Origin: a virus
DNA: 64,000 nucleotides
IMG/VR virus record: IMGVR_UViG_3300045988_180454
Location: 1-64,000 of that record
Strand: one strand, 5' to 3'
In this document: positions 55,583 to 63,718 of the stretch, piece by piece
How the letters are laid out: each line of letters begins with the position of its first letter
Position numbering within the stretch: position 1 is the stretch's first letter
Translations under genes and position numbers: made by a program
Notes under the pieces: model-generated
Databases searched by the model: none
The model's input: the letters and a program-made list of their open reading frames with translations, nothing else
What the model was told of the DNA's origin: nothing

Positions 55583-56875
55583 TTATTCAGCTAAGCGTTC
55601 AACGGATTCAACCCATTGATTTACCAGGTCTTTGAAATCGGGTGGGACAAAGCCCTCGCCTTTTACAAACTTCCCTGTTTCTGGGTCGGTTTTCCCACCT
55701 TTGAACTTGGTGCGGTTTGATTCGCAAACCCGTTCGAGTGCTGCTGAAAGATCGTAACCGGTATGGGTTTTCACCGCCAAGCCTAAAAGAGTGAAAAGAA
55801 CGTCGCCGAAGGCGTCGTAAAGATCGGTGAGCACTTTTTCTCGGTATTCTTGATCCAACGCAAACTTGGGCTTCGCCATGAGGTTTACCGCTGATTTGAG
55901 TTCGTCTACTTCTTCGAGGAAGAAGTTCAGTGCTGGACGAAGCAGTGCTTCCCGGTCGCCTTCTGCATTCAACAGGATTTTCATATGGTCTGAAATGCTT
56001 GGCGGGATTTGTCCAACCTGCATGTTCCAGTTGCTTACTTCGTTGACGAAACCATCAAAAGCCCAGTTTTGTGATTCCTTATAAGTAGTTGGCGCTTTGG
56101 GGTCTGTGCTTAAGCCTGCGTCTTCAAGAACCTTACCAAAAACCGCACGGTCAAGATTGTAAAGTTCTTCGGCAATAAGTGCGATTACTGACCGGAACTC
56201 CGCATCTACACCTGCATCAGAACGCTTCTGAATAATTTCTGACCAGGTTCGGAAGTTACCTGTAACCACAATTGATGTCGCGGTAGCATTTGGCAATACA
56301 CAGCGAGCTGCTTCCGCTGCTTGTTTTTTAGAAGCCTCCGGGTGATAGCGCATTACCATGTCGAAAAGCTTATTGTACAGGTCTACGCTTTCGTTGGCGA
56401 AGCACTCTAGCTTTGCTTCCATTGATGCTTTAGGTGAAAGCGGAGGATAACTACCGCTATGAGTGAGGGGGAGGTCTTGTAAAGCCGGGGGAAGCACCAT
56501 CTCTAACCCCTTATCTGGGGAAACAAAACGCTGAGACAGTACGCTAAACGACAAGTGGCGGTGGCGCGTAAGCTCTGCCAAGAATGACCGGCTTACACTT
56601 TCAAGAAGGAATGTTGCCGAAGCGTGTTCCATGATGGAGTAGTGGTGTTTTTCATGGATCGTCTTCTCTACGTACTTAGTCGGCGTGTTGGTTTCCTCAT
56701 TTGGACGATCCCAAGACTGGTAGCAGTTCCGTCCCGCAAACTCAATAAGACGGGTTGAATCTGGATCACCTGGTTCATGAGGAAGCACGTGTCCAAAATC
56801 GTAGTTGAACTCTGGATTTAGCCGGGTGAAGGCAAGTAATGTTACTTGCGGAGTCTGAGAGATTCGCACATTCAT
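55583..56875 (-). CDS. thyX: ThyX (flavin-dependent thymidylate synthase) fused to a MazG-like NTP pyrophosphohydrolase domain
   Basis: ThyX signature RHRHLSFSVLSQRF in the N-terminal ~260 aa. The C-terminal ~140 aa carries FFLEEVDELKSAV...LYDAFGDVLFTLLGLAV, a MazG-type EExxE/D helix pair. Confidence 0.8.
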   Translation of the reverse strand: MNVRISQTPQVTLLAFTRLNPEFNYDFGHVLPHEPGDPDSTRLIEFAGRNCYQSWDRPNEETNTPTKYVEKTIHEKHHYSIMEHASATFLLESVSRSFLAELTRHRHLSFSVLSQRFVSPDKGLEMVLPPALQDLPLTHSGSYPPLSPKASMEAKLECFANESVDLYNKLFDMVMRYHPEASKKQAAEAARCVLPNATATSIVVTGNFRTWSEIIQKRSDAGVDAEFRSVIALIAEELYNLDRAVFGKVLEDAGLSTDPKAPTTYKESQNWAFDGFVNEVSNWNMQVGQIPPSISDHMKILLNAEGDREALLRPALNFFLEEVDELKSAVNLMAKPKFALDQEYREKVLTDLYDAFGDVLFTLLGLAVKTHTGYDLSAALERVCESNRTKFKGGKTDPETGKFVKGEGFVPPDFKDLVNQWVESVERLAE

Positions 56876-56876
56876 T

Positions 56877-57215
56877 CTACAGCACCTTGTCCGCTGCGTA
56901 GTCGTAGGAGAAACTGCCTTGGTTGTTCCGTGCTAGCTCACGCCGGCGCTGCTCAACATAAATGTCATTCTTATTCCAGAACGCTTCCATGAACATTGCG
57001 CGCAAAATAGACAGTTGCTGTCGCTTGTCTTCTTCCACTGAAGACGGATCTACCAGGAAGTACTTCGGTAGACCCGGGGAGTACTGAATTTCTTCCTTTG
57101 GTTTGCCTTGAATGAAAGAGGCGATTTCAAGGTCTCGCTGGTCTACGAGTTCGTCGTACTGGTCACGAAGAGCTTGTAGTTCTTCGTCGGTGTATTCTTT
57201 GAGCTTTTTAGCCAC
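56877..57215 (-). CDS. hypothetical protein (112 aa)
   Basis: Tightly packed ORF. Confidence 0.65.
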   Translation of the reverse strand: MAKKLKEYTDEELQALRDQYDELVDQRDLEIASFIQGKPKEEIQYSPGLPKYFLVDPSSVEEDKRQQLSILRAMFMEAFWNKNDIYVEQRRRELARNNQGSFSYDYAADKVL

Positions 57216-57227
57216 AATTCTTCCTTT

Positions 57228-58019
57228 CTAAAATAGTCGGTCTGCCATAGATTCTACCGGATGACCGCTTTGTAAACCTAATGTTTTGCGGATAAAGTTA
57301 ATGCCTTCTGTCTTTACAAAGGTGGTACGGATAGCAATTTTCCTTGCTGTGCGGGGATCAATTCGGTAGCCTTGCTTGACCTCAAAGTATTTCATGTACC
57401 GCTGATATGGCGTGTTGTAGTCATCTCCTCGGGAAATGAAAATGCCGCTATACCGAAGTTGGGCAAACAAGCTGTTTCGTCCAATCCCTAGGACTTTTGC
57501 CGCCTCAGCCATGGTGTAGAGACCTTCGGAGTCACAGAGTGCGTCGAAGGCTTCCGCTTTTGGTTGAAGTACCTTGTTTTCTGCCTCTAGGGCTAGTCGC
57601 TCTTTTTCTGTTGCGAGGGCAAGCTCTAGGATTTCTAGCCGGGACATATCACTTTGGGGGTTAGTCTGGTTCTGCTCTGCCCTGAGTTTGCGTTGCAATT
57701 GCTTCTCAGCTTCGATGAAGTATCGGCGTGCTTGCTTCCCTAGTTCTGAGCGTTGAATCATAGCAATTTCCTTTGCCATATCCAGACTCACAATGTGGTT
57801 GAGTCGGGGACGAGAAGGCATTCCCGCAGGTGGCGTCGAACGCTCATTTTTGAGACAGTAGTCAGTGCCTTCCTCGAAACCGTAAGCAGCCATCCGAGGG
57901 AACCAATCTTTATAATGAGCTCCTATTTGTAGGAACTTATGGAGGTCCCGTCCCATCACGGCTTGCACAGAATCTTCCATCTGCACAATGGGAAGCAGGT
58001 ACTTGATGAGATCAGACAT
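57228..58019 (-). CDS. antirepressor (AntA-like N-domain + KilA-C/ANT C-domain)
   Basis: GRDLHKFLQIGAHYKDWFPRMAAYGFEEGTDY is AntA-type. YTMAEAAKVLGIGRNSLFAQLRYSGIF is KilAC-type. AAAGGAG SD upstream. Confidence 0.75.
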   Translation of the reverse strand: MSDLIKYLLPIVQMEDSVQAVMGRDLHKFLQIGAHYKDWFPRMAAYGFEEGTDYCLKNERSTPPAGMPSRPRLNHIVSLDMAKEIAMIQRSELGKQARRYFIEAEKQLQRKLRAEQNQTNPQSDMSRLEILELALATEKERLALEAENKVLQPKAEAFDALCDSEGLYTMAEAAKVLGIGRNSLFAQLRYSGIFISRGDDYNTPYQRYMKYFEVKQGYRIDPRTARKIAIRTTFVKTEGINFIRKTLGLQSGHPVESMADRLF

Positions 58020-58074
58020 TTTTTGACTCCTTTGTGTTGTCTGATTGGGTGGACAATGTGTCTGGTTATCATTA

Positions 58075-58110
58075 TAGCAAAAACACCTAGACCATAAAGA
58101 TCTAGGTGTT
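58075..58110 (-). terminator. rho-independent terminator upstream of the antirepressor promoter region
   Basis: AACACCTAGA-N9-TCTAGGTGTT followed by TTTTTGC on the minus strand. TATAAT (plus-strand ATTATA, 58071-58076) follows immediately. Confidence 0.65.
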
Positions 58111-58388
58111 CCTACCTGTCAAATAATGTACCGACCAATTCTATGGGAGAGAACCAAGAGTCACCGGAAGTCCAGAAAAAGCCAGAGGCCGGGACTCTTG
58201 ATCGGTTAACTAATATGATAGCAGAAAATCCTTTGAAGAGCAAAACCCCTGGTTATTCCCAATACTCAAAAATGAGTACACGTAGAAAATCCCCCGGGGG
58301 AGTCAAAAACCCCAGGGGATCACCCAATCAATCACTCAATCCCTATAAAAAGAGACCCTGCGTTATCGTAAACGCAAAACCCATTATA

Positions 58389-58667
58389 TCACGATCCTTC
58401 TTGCAGCACAAGAATGGTTCGCTGAAGTAGGGCAATCATAGATTGATTATCTACGACATTGCAGCCTTCAATGGCAAGATCAAAACGATCTTTATACACG
58501 TCACCGTCCGCTTTTGCTTCTTTGTCTCGTAAAACAATAAGCACTCCGCCGACTAGTTCTTGAGACGGGTCTGCATCTGGCCATTGTTCTTCCTGCACTC
58601 TCCGTACTGCCTCTGCACAGGCGGAGTCATCAGTGACGTAGGTTTCATCAGAGATATGTTTTGTCAC
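58389..58667 (-). CDS. hypothetical protein (92 aa)
   Basis: 4-nt overlap with the upstream gene. Confidence 0.6.
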   Translation of the reverse strand: MTKHISDETYVTDDSACAEAVRRVQEEQWPDADPSQELVGGVLIVLRDKEAKADGDVYKDRFDLAIEGCNVVDNQSMIALLQRTILVLQEGS

Positions 58668-59182
58668 GGCAATTCACCTTCTACCTTTCGCATTTCCAGT
58701 TCAATAAGTCCATCGCGGAGGTCTTCGTATTTGTAATACCTATCCTCAAGTTCTTGCAATAATTCCTCAAGATCGTCTTTAGAAACAATGCTGTCAACGA
58801 AAGAGTAGATCCAATCAAAAGGATATTCCACCAAGTACTGGATGACTTCTTCAATGAGGATGCTTGAAGTAACATTTTCCAGATCGGGGAGCACAGGGAG
58901 CACTCTTTCCATATAGAAGTTCCGCAGGCCTGCTTTCTTTTGTTCAAACTGCTCCCAGAGTTGAAAAATATCCTCATCACTTAGGGGAGGTTCTTCTTCC
59001 TCGTGGGATTCAATAATGCTCTTGGGAAGCTTTTTGATTTCTTCATCAATCGCTTCTTGAAGAGAGTCTTTGACTGCAAAAAGCCGGTTGATCCGCTTGG
59101 TTTCTTCGGACTCCTCTTCTAGGGAGAGATATAGGCGTAGCAGCTCTTCATCACTTGGTTGGTTGTACATGTTTAGTCGCAT
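58664..59182 (-). CDS. acidic hypothetical protein (172 aa)
   Basis: ATG preceded by AAGGGAGA. Confidence 0.65.
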   Translation of the reverse strand: MRLNMYNQPSDEELLRLYLSLEEESEETKRINRLFAVKDSLQEAIDEEIKKLPKSIIESHEEEEPPLSDEDIFQLWEQFEQKKAGLRNFYMERVLPVLPDLENVTSSILIEEVIQYLVEYPFDWIYSFVDSIVSKDDLEELLQELEDRYYKYEDLRDGLIELEMRKVEGELP

Positions 59183-59295
59183 TCTCCCTTGTTATCGCTT
59201 TCTTCAAAGGCGTCCTCGAAAAATCTTCCCAGTAATCATCACTGCAAGGATGATTGGACATGAAAGAAGACTTTCTCCGGCTTTTTGAAGAGTTA

Positions 59296-59499
59296 TTAAA
59301 TTGTGTCCTTGTCCTGCGTCGATTGCGCATTGTTGTAGCCTTCCTTTCCTAAAATAGCCTGTTTAAAGGACTCCATTTGGGTTTCAAAGTCCTTTTGTCG
59401 GCGTTCTTCTGCTTCAGCATGAACTTTAAGAAATTCAGCAAAAGAACCAGGCTTGACATGAGTAAATTTTCTCGCTGGTTTATGGCTCATCTTGTTCAA
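59296..59499 (-). CDS. hypothetical protein (67 aa)
   Basis: Overlaps the upstream gene by 20 nt. Confidence 0.5.
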   Translation of the reverse strand: MNKMSHKPARKFTHVKPGSFAEFLKVHAEAEERRQKDFETQMESFKQAILGKEGYNNAQSTQDKDTI

Positions 59500-59881
59500 G
59501 TCCTTCTAGGTAGTCAGACATTGATACCACTTTTTTGTTGACAGCCTCAATGTTTTCTTTCTGACAATCGTGCGCTAGGCAAAGGTAAGAGGCCGCGTCT
59601 AGGCTGTCATCAATGAGTGATTCTGGGTATTCCTCGTAGACACTGCCTAGAAAATCAGGGTCTTGGTCAACGCATTGACTAAAGTCCGTGTTGGCGGTTA
59701 CTCGGGCAATTTTGAAAAGTGCCATCATCCGCGCTACGTCTTCTGGAAGCAGGGTGATATCCGCGTCTTCCCGGGTTGAAAGATACGCCGACCATTGCTT
59801 GGCAATGGCGAGAAAAGTTTTATCGCCGTAGCTTTCGCCTCGGGTTTCTAGAATGCGTTGAATTTCTTTTGCCGTGTCCAC
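59480..59881 (-). CDS. hypothetical all-alpha protein (weak MazG/DUF6378-like resemblance)
   Basis: The N-terminal RGESYGD motif and helical acidic body recall small phage NTP pyrophosphohydrolase-like proteins. This is inference only. Confidence 0.3.
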   Translation of the reverse strand: MDTAKEIQRILETRGESYGDKTFLAIAKQWSAYLSTREDADITLLPEDVARMMALFKIARVTANTDFSQCVDQDPDFLGSVYEEYPESLIDDSLDAASYLCLAHDCQKENIEAVNKKVVSMSDYLEGLEQDEP

Positions 59882-59894
59882 GAGTTTTTCCTTT

Positions 59895-60533
59895 CTATGC
59901 AGACTGCTTTGATTCTAGCATAGTGAGGAATTTTTCGGTGCGGTCACTGATGGTTGTTGCCATGTCCTCAACTTCGGCTTCTGAAGCACAAATGTCCACG
60001 TTGGCTACGTGAGTAATATCTGTGTAGCCTTGTGCCTCCAAAATCTTTTGAGTGTCTTTCACGGCTGCGCAAAAATCCCGACCAAACGTAAGGTTCCCGA
60101 CACCAATAATGAATTGGGGGGTGTCCCGCAAAATAAGTTTTTCTGCTTGCAAAAATTCTTTGAGTGGTTGGGGGATCATGTCGTCTTTCACCCGCCTTCC
60201 GATCGCTGGGTCGTCAACGAACCGTCCGTAGCTGGGAACCAACCACACCACAGAGGAATACATACGCTTTCCGCGGAACTGAGCTGCATCCATGTCGAGG
60301 GATGCGTATTGCTGTACAATTTCAAGCTTGATTCGATCCACCGCCTTGAGGTGTCCCCTTACGCCTTCTTTAAGGGCATTCGTGAGACAAATTCCTTCAA
60401 ACTTAGGAGCAGCCTTAGGGTTCCTTAGCCATAAAGTTTCCTTTAGCTTATCAAAGACTTTTTGAGTGTTACCGGAAAGACTGTAGGCAACAAGAAGATG
60501 GTTCATCCAAGGTTCAGGTTGGTTATTCGGCAT
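59895..60533 (-). CDS. nrdI: NrdI-like flavodoxin with an insertion
   Basis: LLVAYSLSGNTQKV, WLVPSYG and IIGVGNLTFGRDFCAA match NrdI landmarks (VYFSSxSxNT, IVPSYGGG, SGNRNFG). At 212 aa it is longer than the usual ~135 aa. Confidence 0.7.
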   Translation of the reverse strand: MPNNQPEPWMNHLLVAYSLSGNTQKVFDKLKETLWLRNPKAAPKFEGICLTNALKEGVRGHLKAVDRIKLEIVQQYASLDMDAAQFRGKRMYSSVVWLVPSYGRFVDDPAIGRRVKDDMIPQPLKEFLQAEKLILRDTPQFIIGVGNLTFGRDFCAAVKDTQKILEAQGYTDITHVANVDICASEAEVEDMATTISDRTEKFLTMLESKQSA

Positions 60534-60993
60534 CGAGGTTTTCCTTTTCAGTTACTAGTCCTAGTTTGAGTTTTTGAATCATTTCTTTTGCCAACTCCTG
60601 GTCTTCTTCGGATAGGGTGGTGATTCGCTCTTCCAGGTCCCGTACCGCGCGGAGGGAGTCGACGGTGATTCGGCTACAGGCAAAGGGGAAATGGTTGGTC
60701 TTAAACAACTCAATTAAAGCGTTTCCCGCTTCTAGGAATTGCCTTTTGTCTTCCGGGGTGAAAAGCAGCTCTGGTCCGTAGAGGGCCGGGACTAGAGCCT
60801 CACGGAGTTCTTCTGCATCAAAGACTTTTTCTAGAGGCAGAATGATTTGGATTTTGCCTGACTCAAGAAGTTTCTCCGCTAGTTCTTTTTTGACTCGTTT
60901 TACGGACTCTGGATTGGGGAACTCAAAAGTTTCTTGCCTGATTGCGGCGAGTAGCGCTAGGGAGTCTTCGTCTAGTTGGATTTCTAGCTTCAC
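60523..60993 (-). CDS. hypothetical protein (156 aa); first gene of the leftward arm
   Basis: GTG 60993 lies behind ACACAGAAAGGAAAA. A TATAAT (plus-strand ATTATA, 61031-61036) lies upstream. Confidence 0.65.
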   Translation of the reverse strand: MKLEIQLDEDSLALLAAIRQETFEFPNPESVKRVKKELAEKLLESGKIQIILPLEKVFDAEELREALVPALYGPELLFTPEDKRQFLEAGNALIELFKTNHFPFACSRITVDSLRAVRDLEERITTLSEEDQELAKEMIQKLKLGLVTEKENLDAE

Positions 60994-61162
60994 GTATTTT
61001 CCTTTCTGTGTCGTGACTCAATTATATATGACAGGGGAGGGGTTCAAGGTTTTGAGTCAAGATATCTTTGTCACACGTTAAAGCAAAACAAAAACAAAAA
61101 AAATTATGCAGAAAAACTTGAGTTAAGTGAGTTTTTGAGTTAACGGTGTTCAAAACATATCT

Positions 61163-61903
61163 TGACCTGCATAAATACCTAACTCAAATTCAAATCAAAA
61201 GTTGAGTTAGGGTTTTGAGTCAGAAAAAGTTGAGTTGGAGACGTTTAAACACAAAGAAACTCAAAAATTTACCCAAAAAAGTTGAGTTGAGTTGAGTTTT
61301 TGAGTTAAGTCAATGAAACCCACTCTGACCTGCACAAACCCGTAACTCAACTTTAACTCAAAAACTGAGTTGAGTTGAGTTAGGCGAAAAACTGAGTTGA
61401 AATTTAAAGCAAAATAAATCGAAAAATTTGTACAAAAAAGTTGAGTTACTTGAGTTAATTTGAGTTTACCCTATTTGACCTGCGGAAATGCTGACTCAAA
61501 TTCCAACTCAAGTTTTGAGTTGAGTTTTGAGTTGAGGATTGTCCGGGTTTCAGACTTCGGTTGAGCCGCCGGTGAGGCAAGGAAGAGACCGCAACCCACC
61601 GATTATGGCGCTGAAACAGGGTCTCAACTCAAATTCTGACTCAGTTTTCGCAAAAACAGCAAGACTCTGACCTGCATAAATACGTAACTCAAATTCTAAC
61701 TCAAAAAGTTGAGTTGGCCTTTTCGCTGGTCAGGATAGGTTTTTAGGGGCTAACTCAAAAACTCAACTTTTTTGTCGATATTTTATAACTAATAACGCTT
61801 TAACGCTTATTAGTTGTGCACAGCTGTATTTTCTCTATACGCATTATTTTACAATTTAAATTGAGTTATTGAGTTAGAGTAGTGAAAAGGGTATCTGACC
61901 TGG
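61163..61903 (-). promoter_or_regulatory. five minus-oriented copies of the GCAGGTCA motif (plus two plus-oriented copies)
   Basis: TGACCTGC/G on the plus strand at 61163-61170, 61326-61333, 61476-61483, 61668-61675 and 61896-61903. Plus-oriented CTGGTCAGGATAGGTTTTT at 61726-61744 and CCAGGTCAGAAT at 61943-61954. Confidence 0.55.
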
Positions 61904-62045
61904 TAAAACAGTAACTCAATTTCAACTCAACTTTTTATTTTCCCAGGTCAGAATTTGAGTTGAAACTGAGTTAGCAGTTCAGAGGGTATTTTTGAAACAC
62001 GAAAAACCGGGATTTCGGGTTTCCAACTCAAAAAGTTGAGTTAGG

Positions 62046-62095
62046 CAGAAAAAGACGCCTTGACTAAAAAACCGAAAGCGGCTGGTTCAAGGCGT
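62046..62095 (-). terminator. terminator after terS
   Basis: ACGCCTTGA (62055-62063) pairs with TCAAGGCGT (62087-62095). A CTTTTTCTG run follows on the minus strand. The loop is 23 nt and contains a sub-hairpin. Confidence 0.55.
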
Positions 62096-62119
62096 GTGCT
62101 CAAATTTGAGCGGCTGATT

Positions 62120-62644
62120 TTAAGAATATTGGTTGTACAGATTCTGCTGTTGCTTCTCCCACTCCTGAGCGAAAGTGCGGTCATTCGTAGCCGCGGCTCG
62201 GAGTTGTTCGCTGCGCTGCACCGCGGTGTTCCCTTGAGCGATAGTCCAGCGGAGCTTGACACGCGCCTCAGGCGTGAGTCCGAATTGTTTAATGCCGTCC
62301 ATCCAAAGCTTTTGGAATCGTGCTCGGTCGGCGGCCTTGTACATTGGGTTCAAGGATTCCTGGAGGTCTCCAGCGAGAATCACGAGGGTGTGATAGTCTG
62401 CGGCTGTCCATTCGCTCACCATCGGCGAGGTCCAGATCTCTTCCCACCAGCGGAGGACTACCGGGGACCATTTCGTCTCCTCGGCACCGATAAGATCGGC
62501 GGGAAAACCCACGACTTCGCTAGCAGGCGGAAGCTCTGGTAAGCTAGCTAGCAGCTCTTCTCGCGGCCTTTGTGCTAGCATGGTGGTAGCGGCCTTGGCA
62601 CCCTTTTTTGACGGGCCTCCGGGCTTCCTGGGGGGTCCTGGCAT
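62120..62644 (-). CDS. terS: terminase small subunit (P27 family-like)
   Basis: 174 aa with a basic N-terminus. FGLTPEARVKL and a preceding W/Y-rich helical region resemble phage P27-type small terminases. Confidence 0.65.
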   Translation of the reverse strand: MPGPPRKPGGPSKKGAKAATTMLAQRPREELLASLPELPPASEVVGFPADLIGAEETKWSPVVLRWWEEIWTSPMVSEWTAADYHTLVILAGDLQESLNPMYKAADRARFQKLWMDGIKQFGLTPEARVKLRWTIAQGNTAVQRSEQLRAAATNDRTFAQEWEKQQQNLYNQYS

Positions 62645-63718
62645 AGCGATATGGTCCTTTCCTTAGCTGAGCAGGGTCATCAAGGACATTTTACCCCAAT
62701 CCCTCGCAGAGCGAAATGTGCAGCACGCGCCCGGCTCGGCCCCAGATAGGGGGAGGGGGTACCCCTGGGTGAGGTAGAACGGGGGTAATTTGTGGGGGTA
62801 GTCGCTTTGTTTCCCCTGGTGAGTCGCAATATATATACCGCAAATTGGGCATGGGTGGGGGTATATAAGTGGGTTTCTCTGGTTGCATGGGGTTGTCTGA
62901 CCACCTGTTTTTACCGGAAAAACCCGGTTTTTTGCTTGTTTTATCAGTTTCTCTTAAGTCTTGCATGGATTTTGCATGCTATAGGTCAATCTTTTTACGG
63001 TCTATAGCATCAACTAAAAGTTTGATTGTAGCAATAGGTGTGGGTGGTTTTCCCTATCAAGGCCATTTCTTAGGGTAGGCTATGCTCACGTACGGGTGCA
63101 CGCAATCGGTATGGCAATTGAACTATAGGATTGTCCATAGGTGCCGATAGGCATACCGCATCAAAGGGATTGCCTATGTGTGCCTATCCACCATATAGGC
63201 AAGTGTATATAAAGCCGAATATAATAATTCGCAATCGTTTATATAGGCCATGCCTCAATATACCCGGCTAGGGGCTATCCGGGTGGTGCCTACCCCCTAG
63301 GCATGCCATGCAGCATGCCTAGCAGCCATGTGCTAGCGCTATGCCATGGCCTGCTGATCTAGGCCACTCAAAAGCGTATGGCCTAGCAGCCTCATAGACG
63401 CACGAACTCAAAGCCATATAGCCGATCATACCAGCGAGATATAAAGCCGCTGTATCGAGCTGCTAGGCTATCTATATCACATATCCCCTGGTGAGTAGAT
63501 AGTGATATGTGGTGTGGTGCCAGTGGATACCCCTATGATAGCAATGGTACTAATAGGCTATATGTGTGGTGTACTATCAGTATGCCATATGGCATATCCC
63601 TAGGCATGCCAAAACCCTACCTATAGTAGGTACCTATATAGATACCCCTATAGATAGGGTTGGTATATGGATACCCCCTATAGCAGGGGGCATAGAGTAT
63701 GCCTATACGATAGATAGG
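62645..63718. repeat. 1.07-kb ORF-free block of G-runs and ATAGGC / CATGCC / CTAGG / CTATAG words
   Basis: G5 runs at 62745-62895. ATAGGC/GCCTAT at least 9 times between 63070 and 63710. GCATGCC/CTAGC words at 63290-63400. TCCCCTGGTGAGT at 62811 and 63484. Confidence 0.8.
62908..62935 (+). terminator. weak plus-strand hairpin + T-run inside the repeat block
   Basis: ACCGG-AAAAAC-CCGGT followed by TTTTTTGC. The stem is only 5 bp. Confidence 0.3.

Larger units (their letters stand above)
60994..62119. repeat. 1.1-kb ORF-free block dominated by TGAGTT/AACTCA words arranged in five modules
   Basis: By eye, about 25 TGAGTT and about 13 AACTCA copies between 61100 and 62045. Modules are centred on TGACCTGC. 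See findings. Confidence 0.85.

Noticed and set aside
58143-58430. A plus-strand 95-aa ORF in the spacer upstream of the antirepressor.
   Set aside because: It lies on the opposite strand to all neighbours and has a P/K/S/N-rich low-complexity translation. It spans palindromic terminator hairpins.
61081-62045. CRISPR-array interpretation of the repeated modules.
   Set aside because: The repeated words are only 6-8 nt long. The spacing of the conserved cores is irregular (150-230 bp). The sequences between cores are themselves made of the same words. There are no cas genes.
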